From Psammoneis japonica (lineage: Eukaryota), in the NCBI GenBank assembly GCA_008632985.1, contig QPGO01000095.1, forward strand, positions 245,681-309,680: 64,000 nucleotides of DNA. Direction: 5' to 3'. The notes under the pieces are model-generated. The model searched no databases, had not been told where the DNA came from, and worked only from the letters and a program-made list of their open reading frames with translations. Each line of letters begins with the position of its first letter. Within the stretch, counting starts at the first letter, position 1. Positions 35,647 through 47,794 of this stretch are shown here, piece after piece. The position numbers and the translations under genes are program-made.

Positions 35647-37071
35647 ATGTCACGAACAAGCAGTTCTCTGAATAGACGTCTCGAGTCTGAATTGTACGAG
35701 AGCATCCAAAACCATGATTGGGATTACGCCGAAGAATTATTAGTGGAAGCTTCGGAGCTCCCCGTCGTTCGACGAACCGGCGACAATACTCTTTTGCACT
35801 TTGCCACCGAACAAGAAGGAGTCCCACCCGACGTGATTCGAAATTTGTCGTCCGTCTTGAGCTGGCAACAGCAATATGCGACTAACAAGTGGGGTAAGAC
35901 GCCCCTTCACAATGCTATTTTATTCAAACAGAATTTCGAGGTGATTTCTGTTTTGCTGGAAATTCACTTGGTTGCAATCGACATGGCGGACTGTAGGGGG
36001 CTTAAAAGGGGGTGGACACCCGTGGATTACTTTTTTACGCGGTTGTTGGAACGTGAAGAAGAGGATGACGAACAGCCAGACGTGCTCACGGAAGATCTAG
36101 CTGCCATGCTGCGACTTTTGACAAGAGCTTGGATGGAATACTACAAAACAAGTGGCTTGGAAAGACTTTCGACTCCGCTTCATCGAGCAGTCCAATTTGC
36201 GTCTTCATACGAGGATTTGCCATTGTCGGTTTTGAAGATTCTGCTGGAAACATGCCCGTCCATGGTACAAGTACAAGACAGCAATGGTTGTACACCACTC
36301 CACTTGGCTTCCAGACGCGATGGTGCAAATGCAAATGAGCGACTGAAGCTCTTGCTGAACGTGACTCCCGCAGCCGTTTTGGAATCCCGGGATAAAAACG
36401 GCCGAACACCCCTTTCCAGCGCTCTCTTTTGGGTTGCCTCTCTGGAAATCTTCGAGACACTGGTTGCTGCAAATTCGGCCAGCATTTTCATTCCAGACAA
36501 GAGCAACAAGACACCGCTCGACCGTGTGAGTGGCCGGATTGCAAACGACGAGAGTGCTGTAGTATCCGACTATTACCTGAATGTTGCCAAGACGCTCGTC
36601 ATGGGCCGCCGCTGCAATTCCGACTCTGTTTTATTGCGCAAGTCCATTCTCCTTGAGAAATGTCCTGTCGAGTTGGTACGTGTGTTTCTCCGGGTTTTTC
36701 CACAACAAGCTCTGTGGAAGGACGAAAAGGGTAACCTTCCTCTCCACCTTGCAGCCACCGTGAAACCCAAACCACCTGAACTCGTTGCTTTTACGTCTCT
36801 GCTGAAAGAACTCATTCAAGCCTTTCCAGCAGGACCAAAGACAACCAATGACGCTGGTCTCTTGCCACTGGCATCCTTTATTTGTGCCGAGCGCAAGTGG
36901 AATGAAGGACTTGAGACAATCTTGCAAGCTCATCCAGCAGCCGTCATGGATCAACACTTGCCTCCATGTGCCGTGACGCAGCTACTGTCCAAATTGGGCA
37001 AACGCTCAGAAAATCCAACCGTTCTTTATCAATTGCTACAAGAGGCTCCGTCTCTTGTCAGTCGAGTGTAG
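35647..37071 (+). CDS. Ankyrin-repeat protein, copy B (intact, 474 aa)
   Basis: Uninterrupted ORF with GDNTLLHFA, GKTPLHNAI, GCTPLHLAS, GRTPLSSAL, GNLPLHLAA; normal Tyr/TpA content. Confidence 0.9.
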   Translation: MSRTSSSLNRRLESELYESIQNHDWDYAEELLVEASELPVVRRTGDNTLLHFATEQEGVPPDVIRNLSSVLSWQQQYATNKWGKTPLHNAILFKQNFEVISVLLEIHLVAIDMADCRGLKRGWTPVDYFFTRLLEREEEDDEQPDVLTEDLAAMLRLLTRAWMEYYKTSGLERLSTPLHRAVQFASSYEDLPLSVLKILLETCPSMVQVQDSNGCTPLHLASRRDGANANERLKLLLNVTPAAVLESRDKNGRTPLSSALFWVASLEIFETLVAANSASIFIPDKSNKTPLDRVSGRIANDESAVVSDYYLNVAKTLVMGRRCNSDSVLLRKSILLEKCPVELVRVFLRVFPQQALWKDEKGNLPLHLAATVKPKPPELVAFTSLLKELIQAFPAGPKTTNDAGLLPLASFICAERKWNEGLETILQAHPAAVMDQHLPPCAVTQLLSKLGKRSENPTVLYQLLQEAPSLVSRV

Positions 37072-37146
37072 AATAAGCATAATTTAGATTAGAATGAAGC
37101 TGGCTACAACAGTTTTCAACATGTTGTAGATTCCACATTTTTCTTT

Positions 37147-37338
37147 TTATTTCTAGACTTCATTCTTCATGGCAAAGCTTTGTATAAATTCTCTTGCACA
37201 CTTGAGAGCTTCAGTTTCATTGTTTCTCAACCTCCACCGTGGCATTGTCCAGTGGATGATTGGGATTGGGTGCACTCAGCAGGGCTTGAACAAACAGCAG
37301 CATGGTTCGCTGCAAAGCTGGACTCCACTTGTCCTTGA
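37147..37338 (-). pseudogene. Decayed 3' fragment of UBC13, copy B, truncated by a LINE
   Basis: Aligns to 54431-54625; homology ends at ccacttgtccttga (~37338). Confidence 0.8.
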
Positions 37339-37339
37339 T

Positions 37340-40300
37340 TGAGCAGCACAGAGCGGGTGGTGCAGACACATGTTGGGGGGAGAAGAGGCAATCAAAGGGT
37401 GATGGAAAAGAAAGGATTCATGGGCAGAAAGATGGTTGGAGAGAGCCAGTTCAATGTTGAGGCTAAGGAGTTGAGCAGCCTAGATTGGCAGGTGGAGCAG
37501 AAGCAAGATGGTTGAGGGACAGTTGGTGTTTCCAGGCAGCATCATCATGGAGAAGCAGGTTGCTGAAGGCAAGGAGTGAGGGTTGGAAAGCAGAGCAGGA
37601 CACTTGGGAGTCAGAAAAATTAGCAGGAGAAGTCCAAGGTGGTTTGGGTGGAAGGGGTGGGAGGGAAGCAGAAGCAGTGTGGGAGTGGCCACAAAGGAAA
37701 GCATGGAGGCAGCACCCAATGCCACACAGGTGGTCAAGGGTGAGTGGAGGGAGGAAAACACCAGCTTGGTTGATGGAGGAGTCAACAGAAGAGCCACATG
37801 AGGAGGGAGTGTCATGACCAAGGAGCTTGTCTTGAATGCTGCTGAGGCAAGCCTTGGACAAGAGGTTGGCAGAGGGGCAGGCAAACCAGGTGCATGCTGC
37901 TGAGGGGGGGCTGGGGGCTCAGGTGCTGCAATGTTGACAGTGACAAAGTTGTGCACAGACACCAGGGAGGGGCAGAGCCAGTGGCAAGATGGGCACCAAC
38001 ATCAGCGGGCTGCTTCAATGGGAAATCAGGGAGGAGGCCAACGGGCTTGAGGAAGATGTGCTGTGCAGAGCAGCAGAGGCCTGACAGGGCATCAAGGGTT
38101 TGACAATGGCACAAATGGTGTCACACATGTGATTGGAAAGAGGACCTTTGTGCATCTTGGAGCAGGCAAGGGCATGACTGCCACAGGGGTCAAGGGTGCA
38201 GCAACCACATGTGGGCGGGGCAGTTGGCAAAGATTGGGAGGGACAACAGGGAGGCAGAGGTTTTGGAGAAGGAGGAGGAGAGGAGGTGGAGGAGGAGGAG
38301 TGCACTGTGCTTGAAGAACAAGCACAAAGGAAAGTGGAACAAATCACAAAAAGTGGAAATCATGAGATTGCATTTTACACTGTGATTTTGGGATTCTCTG
38401 AAGGAGTTCTCAATGGCCTGAAGCTGTTGCACTGCTCCCACAGAGCAAAGGCCTTTTGGAGAATCTAATCATGACAACAGATTGTCTGGATGCAATCAGC
38501 ATTGACATCTCATGTGTCAACATTGTCTGTTGATTGCATTTGCAACCTCAGACTTCCGATCAATTCTGTGTGATCAACCTGAAAATTGCACACATCCAAG
38601 CACAATTTCATCTGCTTGACAATGTGTGCTGCATCCACCTCCCTGTTTTCTGGGTTGTCTGATGCACTGAAAGCCTTTGGCACAACACAGCAATCTGTTG
38701 AGAGTTGACTGACATGCAAAGTCATTTGTCAAATGGAGTTGTTTGATGGACGGACATTGACAGTGTCAATGACATTGCCACGTTTGATCTGTGCTGTGCC
38801 ACTGGCATGCACAGTTGTTGTGATGCAAGGCCCAACACAGGGCTGTTCTAATTTTTGAAAATCTTTCTCCCAGAGAGCAGGATCTTCTCTCCCACTCTGC
38901 ATGTGTGTGGAGTGCATTGTGCATTCTCTCTGGCATCATTTTCATTTGTTGCATCTTGTTTGAATTTCTGGACAAACTTTCAGTCAGCAATGTGTTGGAT
39001 GCTGAAGATCATTTCTCTGCCAAAGACCAATTGTCCTGGCACAGCTTGCACAGCAGCATGACAAGTCAAACGTGCAGTGCTGCAAAGGCTGTTGCTGATG
39101 GCATTCCCTCAAACAGATTCTGAGCATCCAGAGGTGCATGTTGCAAATCAAATGTGCACAGCATGTTGCCCAGCACTTGATGCACCCGCTCAGTTGTGGC
39201 ATTTGATGACAGATTTCATGCAGTTGTGGGGGCTTGCATTTAATGCCACAATTGTCTTGGACCATTGTTCCAAATTGATGTCCAATGAGCTCACTTCCAT
39301 GATCACAAGTGATCAACAATGGCCAAGGACATCTGCTTGATCATGTTCTTTCCAGCCATCCACCAGTGACGGTTGTGGATTCCTCATTTGGAATTTCCAT
39401 TGCTTCAAACCATCCTGTTGCTGGACCTGCCATTGTTGGACATGGGGGTTTCTTTTTGCTCTTCTGATGCATTTTGCATGCTCCAATGAGATCCACACAC
39501 AGTCTTTCCTGTGGCACCGCTTTGCACAATTGGGAGGTAAATGTCCACACTTCTTCTTTTGTTTCTTCTTGAACTTTTGGCATGTCTCACATTTTGACAC
39601 GCATTTTTGTGTGTCATCATGCAAGGTGGGCCACCACAAGTGTTGTGAGGCTGTTTCTTCAGCTCTGTTTGTGCCAGGGTGCAACAAGTGCGTGTGATGC
39701 CAATTGGTCACAGACTTTTGCAATGTCTTTGTTGCAACAATTTTGTCCTTGTGACATGTGAGCAACCGGTCTTGCTCACCTCCACAAAAAGTCTTTGCAT
39801 GACATGTTGCATCTGACAATTTAGAGAGAATGTCTTTGTCCCATTTTTGTTCAGTGTCAAGAACTTTGTGTGTCAACAGAAAGACATTGTTGCAAGATTT
39901 GGGTGCAACCTCATCAGCCAGTTCATCGTTGCTGAGGTTTTCAAATGGCTCAATTTTCTTCATGGCAAGTCAGCTGATTGTGTCTGCAATGACATGTTTG
40001 CCTTGCCCTTGAGGCACGTCATTTTGGAATGATGTTCTTCTGTCACAAGTGACCAATGCATGACTCTGTTGGTTGTGAAGTTCTTGTGGGCAAGATTCTT
40101 GTGATCCGTGCATTTGTCAATCTGTTGGCCAAACAGCACATTCTAGAATTCCTCAAGTGTTTCCGCCATGGACAGAAGTTCTTTTTCCATTGCAGTGCAG
40201 CATGTCTGTGCTCCATTTAACTTGCACTGTGAAAAGCAACAGGTCTGCTGTTCTGCATCATGACCACTCCCAGTTGAGAATTGCTCATGCCGGCATGTGT

Positions 40301-43300
40301 CTCAAAGGGAACATTGAAAGTTGGGTGCAATGGTGACATGTCTTTCAACACAATCTGCTTCACATTTTTGAAGTCTTTTTGTTCCATGCCTGTCCATTGC
40401 CACTTGGCCTCAGATAAGGTGAGTTTGGCCAAAGGAGCAAGTGCATGAGATTGTTGAGGCCACATGTCTCGACAACAGTTGATCGTGCCAATGAAGCATT
40501 GCAATTCCTTGTTGCAAGTTGTTGGCATTGCAATTGCTTGAATGGCCTCCATTTTCTTGGGTGTTGGTCTGATGGTGCCAGTTCACGCAATGTGAAAGCC
40601 TGCTCAGTCTGCTTCTGGCTGTCTTGGCAAAAAATGACTTTTTGGCATTGACCTTCAACCCAGCTTGTTTGAGCCATGCAAATGTTGTCTTTTGAGCTTT
40701 CTGAGATGGTCTTTGAAGTCACTTTTTGTTGGGCACAGTGTGTCATCAACACAAGTTCTGACAAACTCTAAACCTGCCACAAGCTCACCAGTGTGTTCCT
40801 GAAAAATGTCAGGAGCTCCACAGATTCCTGTGGAAAGTCTGCAGCACTTGCATCACCCCACAGCATCACAATCATGCACAAACTGTGTGCATGTGGTGTC
40901 AATTCAATGTGGTGGTGTCCCATGTTCAAATCCAATGAGGTTGCACACATGAAGCCCTCCAGCTTCTGTGGCACATCCTGAATTTTTGGCAAAGGATGCA
41001 GAGCACGTGTCAACCATGACATTCAGTCTGATGAAGACCTTCTTGCCGATCTCGAGAAATTTGGTGCACTTCAGAATGCCCTGCTTGTTGTGGCACTGAA
41101 TGTTGATCATGCAGGTGCAGCTCTTCTCATCTCCAGGGACGAAAACACTGCTCCATCTTCATGTGCTGGCTTGGTTGCTTTGAGAGTCTTTGGCTCAGAA
41201 ATCGACTCCAGCAGTTGAGGTGCAATCTTGTCCTGTTTGACGATGGACTTGCTGTTGGTTGCATGAGATGAAAGCTTCATCTTCATGTTTTTGCCCTCTG
41301 TGGTGCGTGTGCACAATGCACTGTGCTCAAAGAATGAGCACAAACAAAAGCAGAACAAATCACAAAATGTGGAAATTTTGAGATTAGATTTTACACTGCA
41401 ATTTTGGGACTCTCCAAAGGAGTTCTCAATGGCTCAAAGCTGTTGTTCTGCTCCTGCAGAGCAAAGGCTTTTCAGAGAATCTAATTGTGACAACAGATTG
41501 TCTGGATGGGATCAACATTGACATCTCATGTGTCAACATTGTCTGTCAATCGCATTTGCAATTTTAGACTTCCAATCAATTCTTTGTGATCAACCTGACT
41601 GTTGCACGCATCCACGATTGTTGTGTGATTGACATGTGCAAGATGATGACATGTGGTTGTGAACATGCACAATTTTGTCTGCTTGACAATGCATGCTGCA
41701 GGAGGAGGAGGGCGAAGTGAGCAGAAGACAGGTGGTCAGATGGGCTCAAGTGGGAGAGGGAGTGCAGGCAAAGACTTGCAAGGGGGGCAGAGAAGGGAGG
41801 GGAAGGGAGGACATGACAAAAGTCCAGTTGACTCAAGAGGAACAAGAGAGTCTCATGTTGGTGGCAGTGTGGGAGGCAGGTGGGCTGGGAGAGGCCATGG
41901 AGGTCATGGTCACATGCAGCAGAGGAGAGAGAGCTGCAGGCAGCAGAAAAGTCCAGGGAGAAAAGGGTGGGGGCAAAACAACATGAGATGGTGCAGAGAC
42001 ACAGGTGGAGCATGGGCCAAACCACAAGGAGAGAGCAGCAGAGTGGCTGGATGGGATGCAAAAGCGTGCTGGTCTCCGACAAGAGAATTGCCATGTTTTG
42101 CAAAGTGGAGGGAGCATGCATGAGAGGAAAGGAAGGAAGGGACAGCAGAAGCAGGTGTGTCACAGCAACCTGTGCCACCAAGAGAAGGGAGATGGGGAGG
42201 GAGGTGATGAAGAGGGTGGCAGTCAGGAGCAGGAGAGGGGTGGCTGCAAGACAGGAGAGGAAACAGGGAGAATGGCCAATGATGGCATTGGCAAATGGAG
42301 ATGCCCATTGGAGGAAGAGATCTGGGGATTCAGAAGGGTTGGAGGGGTGGAAGTTGCAACGTGCATTGGCTGCAAGTGGGTGGGTGACAGAAGGGATGGC
42401 ACAGTGGTGGAAGAGAGTGCTTTTGGGTTTTGCTTGTCTTTGAGACAAGTGGCAAGTCATGGTGGAGGGCTTTGGCAAATGGCGGGGCCTTGGATTGGAG
42501 GAAGTTGGAGGCAAAGAGGATGAGGACTCAATGGGTTGTGCCCAAGGAAACAAATGCTGGTGGCAACCTCAGGCTGCATGGAAGGGTTGTTGTCAGGGTT
42601 GATGAAGTTGAAGGTGTTGGAGAGAGTGGTGGCATCAGAGGTGGTTAAAGAGGGGGGAGAGCCAGAGGCAGATGTCAGCATTTTGGTTTTGGCTTGGTTG
42701 AGAATGACGCCAATGGGGGGGGGGGGGGGCAGTGAAGACAGCTGGTCTGGGAACCAAGAGATTGCAGAGCATGGGAGAAAAGCATGGGTGCCATTTGGGC
42801 AAGAAGAGGTGGCCAACTTGGAGTGAAAAGGGAGGTGCTGATGGAGCTCTTGCTTGAGGAGCATGCAGATGTGGGCAAGGACAAGGCTGGAAAAGGCAGG
42901 GCCAAATGGGCAACCTTGGACAAAGCCTGTTGAAAAAAGGAGGGCCATTGGAGGCAGTGGTCCAGGCATCAGCATTGATTGGGATGTTGACAAATGAGGT
43001 TGAAGAAAGGTGGCAAGGGTTGACAAGGGGAGGAAGCAGACAGAGCATGGTGGCAGGCATCACATGATGATGCCTCATTGAAAAAGTTGCCAAGGTCCAG
43101 GATCACCGCCATTGCTTTGAGAGGAGTGGCATCAGGGGAGAGGCAGCCTTTGATGTTTGCACAAACACAGTGGATCAGAAAATCCATGCCACCATGGACA
43201 TCAATGCCAAACTGGCCTGAGGTGAGAAAATCTCAGCAACAAAGATGGAGGCAAAGAGGAACATGATGAGTGTGCCAGCAATGCAATGGATGGAGGTGCC

Positions 43301-43700
43301 AACCCCAACAGGTCAGAGCTTGGAAGGGTCAGACTGGTTTTTGTGAAGGGCAAGGAAGCAGCTGGTCGCAAAGTGAGGCTGGACAGAAGGAGGAAAATTT
43401 TCAAAAAAGGATGAGATCAAGGGGGCATTTGAAAGGGACAAGACATGGGGTGGAGGTGGCCACAGGGGTGGAGTGGCAACAAAGAGCACCAAAAGACTTG
43501 AGTGGGTCAGTTGAGTCAGCAAAAGGGAGGAAGAGTTGGGGTCATGGTCAGTGGAGATGGTCTCATGTGCCAAAGAGCTCAATTTGTCAGTGTGAGAGTG
43601 CACACAGCATTGCACCCAAGAGGCAAAAGTGATGATGGCATGGCATTTGAGTTGCTCATTGTGGAAATCTTGTGTGCAAAATGCCTTGTCGACAGCACTT
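37340..43700 (-). mobile_element. Heavily decayed non-LTR retrotransposon (RT plus C-terminal Cys/His region; CRE/Ambal-like), split by a Gypsy insertion
   Basis: RT remnants AVILDLGNFFNE, TGFVQGCPFGPAF, IGVILNQAKTKML (42.5-43.2 kb); CGC..LDPCGSHALAC (~38.15 kb). Confidence 0.65.
38301..41700 (-). mobile_element. Decayed, internally deleted Ty3/Gypsy LTR retrotransposon
   Basis: Direct repeats 38301-38633 and 41317-41700 (tgcactgtgc...tgctgca), flanked by GGAG on both sides. PPT at 38634-38645. RT (ATSLDLNMGHHHIEL), RNase H (RPVAFHS) and integrase (HTHLLHPG...CETCQ) in Gypsy order. Confidence 0.85.
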
Positions 43701-43709
43701 GTGATGTGC

Positions 43710-44600
43710 GCATTGGCTCCTCACCGCACTTTTGCGCAACCATGACTGTGGGCAATGAGCTTGCGCTGCAGGCCCCAACTCTCCATCATGACTCCAACAG
43801 CCTCTTGAACAAAGAGTTTTTCTGTCATTGCAAGGTTCTTGTTTGCAACAAGTGTTGAGACAACATGAGCTGTGCAAACCCTGCACATTTTCTTTCAGGA
43901 TTCTGCCAAACTCTCATTAGATTCTGACCTCATTGGGCTTGCATCTTTTGTATTTTTTTTCTTTTTCAAAACATGCCACCCTTTTGTTGCTGATGGGCAG
44001 TGATCTTGATCACCCTGGGTGAGATTGCTTGCATGGGTTGGCCAATTGGTTGTTTTTCCCTTTCCAAAATTTGGATCTGACACCCGGCTTGGCAAAGTGG
44101 GCCCCGGTCTTTGGGCAGATGCAATTGGTGAATCCTTTTGCCACATGTTGCTGGAATGAACACCTGTTGCAGCTGGATTTCTCTTGTGGTGTCAATGCCA
44201 TTCCTGGCCTTGTTTTGGGCCAATGGGAGGTGGGCTTCATCTGCAATTGGGTGTTTGAGGTGCATCTGTCAATGAGTCTTGGTCATGAAACAAGGAGTGG
44301 CCCATGGAGGCACAAACTGCACTGTTTTTGCAACAGTCTTGTGCACCACATGGGCAGTTGCTGCATTGACTGCAATTGCTCTGGCCGTTCAAAAACTGGA
44401 GCGTGTTCTGGGACAGTGCAAACCAGCCCAACAGGAGCACAGCAGCTTGCTTTGGCACTTCTCCTTGGCGGCCGCAACCTCCAGTGCCCTGCAGAAAGGT
44501 TGGATCAAAGCCCTTGTTTGTTTTTGTTCCCAAGCAAGCACGCGCTCAACCTCTGGCAAATGGCAAGAAGTGCTCTCATGAAGAAAGTGTTCCACAGTGC
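43710..44600 (+). pseudogene. Hypermutated copy C of the small membrane-protein gene and its flanks
   Basis: Aligns to ~18680-19550 (GVAHGGTNCTVFATVLCTTWAVAAL vs GIAYGGTDYIVFAIVLCAIWAVAAL). Confidence 0.85.
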
Positions 44601-45553
44601 AGTGGCCACCAGAGCAGAGACATTTTCAAAGAGTTCCAAATCTTTGAATTTTGCACTGGCGGCGCACAAGCAACTGACTGTTTGCCACACTTTTTGCAGC
44701 ACAAGTGACAAAACCTGGCATTGCGCAGGTGCATTGGTTCCTCCTTCATGGCAGGAACTCTGGACACAAAGTGAGGAGGTGAGGAACCCGGGATGATTTG
44801 GGCTGACATGCACACAAATGTTTTTTTAAAAATTTGCACCTTTGGGCAATGAGTTTGCAGTCAATTGAGGCAGTGTTTCATGTTCACATTCAATTGTGAA
44901 GTTCCAAAATCAAGACACAACATTGCTTTTCACAAAACCACAAAAATGGCACTGTCCACTGCCAAGAATTTGCCCATTTGTGCAATGCATCTGTCACAAG
45001 AAAGAAGGCAAAAGTGCTGAGACAGATCAATGAGACTGCACTCCACATGATGGCATGGTTGTGTTTTTGATTTTGTCCATTTGTTGTGTCTTGTCAACGG
45101 ACTTTTGACTCCTGATGTCATTGATGCCTCTTTGTCTCTTCCTCTGATTGTGATGCAGGATTCTTTGCAACACTCAACTCTGTCAACTTGATGCTGAATA
45201 AAAACAATTGTGTGTGCCTTCATGACCCATTGGTGTGTGTTGTGCAATGCATTCAATGCAATTTAGAAGTCATTGTGGACCACGCTTTTTGGGTCACGTG
45301 AGAACTTCAAATCTTGTTGCCAACAAAAGAATGATGCTGCACTCAGTTTTGAGGGTGTGCGGCAATTAAGAAGCTTGGATGCAAGTGCAACAACAGTTCC
45401 ATCATTGTTTAGTGGAACAATGGCATCAGCATTGCAGCCATTTTGCTTTGTTCCAAGGCCCAAGATGCGGGCAAAATGTGCCCTGTTGGGCAGATTGGTG
45501 AAGACGCTGCAGCAGGAAGGTGCCATGGCACCAAGATTGCACACCATTGCCTG

Positions 45554-46207
45554 ACACAAGACAAGGCCTTTGCTTCCCAACCATTGTCATTGTTGTGACC
45601 TCTTCAACCCAATGGAGTCATCCAAGGCCATCCCAAGGCAACTGAGCACTTGCACTGTCACACTGATGGTTTTCTTGTTTCAGCAGGTGGGGTGGCTGGG
45701 CCAAACCCAGTCATGTCAGAGAGACAAAGGGCTGCATCAACACAAGACAAGGCTTTTGCTTCCCAACCATTGTTGTTGTCGTTGTTGTGTCCTCTGGGAC
45801 CCAATGGAGTCATCCAAGGCCATCCCAAGACAACTGAGCACTTGCACTGTCACACAGATGGGTCTTGTCACTGCAGGTGGGGTGGCTGGACCAAACCCAG
45901 TCATGTCAGAGGGACAAAGGGTTGTGTCAACACAAGACAAGGCCTTTGCTTCCCAACCATTGTTGTTGTTGCATCTCTGGGACCCAATGGAGTCATCCAA
46001 CGCCACCTCAAGACAACAGAGCACTTGCACTGTCGCACAGATGGCTCCCTTGTCTCTGCTGGTTGGCTGGCTGGGGGCCAAGGCCAGCAACATCGGAGAG
46101 ACAAGCTGCTGCATTGACACAAGACAAGACCTTTGCTTCCCAACCATTGTCATTGTTGCATCCTCTGGGACCCAATGGAGTCATCCAAGGCCATCCCAAG
46201 ACAACTG
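45554..46207. repeat. Tandem repeat, ~187-bp unit, ~3.5 copies
   Basis: acacaagacaag...tttgcttcccaaccattg...ccaatggagtcatccaa recurs at 45554, 45740, 45930 and 46117 (periods 186/190/187). Confidence 0.92.
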
Positions 46208-46525
46208 TTCATCCTTGCATTCTAGCAGCTTGTAAAGATCATCACTTCGACACTGGCCAGCCAGCTGCAGCTTGACATGAATCATTTGAGGAAGCAGCTA
46301 TCGTCCAGGTAGCGCAGCACGGCAGATGTACACGTCGACCCCGAAACGTGTGTGGTGTTTGCCTCCGGCAGTCGACTCACATGCAACCCAGTGGATAGGG
46401 TCCCCTTGGCGCAACGCTACTTTCTCTGTTAGGTCGAGACATGCCTCTAAAACTTAGATGAACTAATGCGAACGTTATCGTAAGCTCTGATAGGTATAAT
46501 TGATACTCAATGACAATCCCACCCA

Positions 46526-47794
46526 TCAACAAGAGTATGCCGTCTTTTCGACATGAAAGAATTTGGCCCCATCGACATTGACAATGGACACCAAGAGAGG
46601 TGCCGACTTGAAGGCTTCCACCGTCAACTGCAAGAGTTTGGGCAGCCGTTGAGGAGCCATAAAGTCCATTGCGTACTTGTGGTCATTTCCCATGACATAG
46701 AGCATGGGAATATCGCTGTAGCCATCCAAAACGTCAAAGACATGGTCCAAAGAGCCACTCGTCTCCAAGTTTGCATGCCCCATGATGATAATGGCATCGG
46801 GTGTCGAGCCGAGACCAGAAAGCTGTGACTGAATAAAATTAGCATTGAGCAGATTGTAATCGTTATCCCCCGCTGGTTCTGTAATTCCAAAAAAGGCCAA
46901 GTTCAAAGCCGCATAGTACATGAAGAAGTTCTCCGGATAATCCGTCTGTCGAAGAAAGGAAGGACTTCCCCATCGAGGAGACAACTTGTCGAGACCCACA
47001 AAGTCTCCAGTGGTAAAGTAATTACGCCAACGTGTCTGAATTTCGTCACTGTCGTTGACTTGGGCAGTCCATCCCGTGCATTCTGAGCTAAACTCATTGT
47101 CACCAGCAAGCAACAAAAAGTCCAAATCGGGTTCGACCGCCGAAAAAAGATTGGATCTGGAGGTAAAGACCCCATCGTCACAAAAGTTGGCATAATCTTC
47201 TTGTCCCTTTTTGATATCTCCCACATGCACTATCCAATCAACAATGTCGTTGACCGAAAGGCTCTGGACTCCGGGCAGAATCACGTCCCGCAGGCACTCA
47301 TAATCCGTTCCTTCGAACGGATAAAGAAAATTTTCATCATAGGGCGTGTCTCCAAAGGCGAGGAATTTCATGTCGGTGTTGTCCGCAGACGCAACAGGAC
47401 CATTCCGATTGCCTTGGGATCCCGTATAGAGAGAACAAAAGGCGAATTTGTTTCTGCCATTGCCAAAGCTAAGACAGGTAAAGCCAGGACAACAAGTATT
47501 CCCTCCCTGACAGGACTCTCCCTCGGCAGAGCATAGGGTAGGCGGAGACGTCACTGGACTTGGTGTAGAAGTAGGAGGATCGCCTCCTCCACCACAGCTC
47601 GTACAAACGTAGCTATCTGCGGGGCAGTTCTTGGCCACACAGTCCCAACGGCATCGAGTATCATCGCACGAAGGTTTGGCAAGTTCCCGGAGATGCTGCT
47701 GCTGCTGCTCGTGCGGATCCGCCGCGGCGACAAACACGAACAAGCACAAAAAGGAAATCGGACCAATCATCATCATCATCATGATTCGGCTCAT
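46526..47794 (-). CDS. Secreted calcineurin-like metallophosphoesterase with an N-terminal Cys-rich region
   Basis: Signal peptide; motifs FGDTPY, VHVGDIK, AGDNEF, MGHA, GNDHKY; intact 422-aa ORF with normal Tyr content. Confidence 0.88.
   Translation of the reverse strand: MSRIMMMMMIGPISFLCLFVFVAAADPHEQQQQHLRELAKPSCDDTRCRWDCVAKNCPADSYVCTSCGGGGDPPTSTPSPVTSPPTLCSAEGESCQGGNTCCPGFTCLSFGNGRNKFAFCSLYTGSQGNRNGPVASADNTDMKFLAFGDTPYDENFLYPFEGTDYECLRDVILPGVQSLSVNDIVDWIVHVGDIKKGQEDYANFCDDGVFTSRSNLFSAVEPDLDFLLLAGDNEFSSECTGWTAQVNDSDEIQTRWRNYFTTGDFVGLDKLSPRWGSPSFLRQTDYPENFFMYYAALNLAFFGITEPAGDNDYNLLNANFIQSQLSGLGSTPDAIIIMGHANLETSGSLDHVFDVLDGYSDIPMLYVMGNDHKYAMDFMAPQRLPKLLQLTVEAFKSAPLLVSIVNVDGAKFFHVEKTAYSC

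Noticed and set aside
45554..46207. CRISPR array (also considered for 3989-4086)
   Set aside because: Whole units repeat with no unique spacers, there are no cas genes, and the context is eukaryotic.
37340..46270. Dozens of Cys/His-rich ORFs in the six-frame track as novel metal-binding proteins
   Set aside because: They are by-products of TA/CG loss in decayed TEs and duplicates; they overlap in all frames and lack Tyr.
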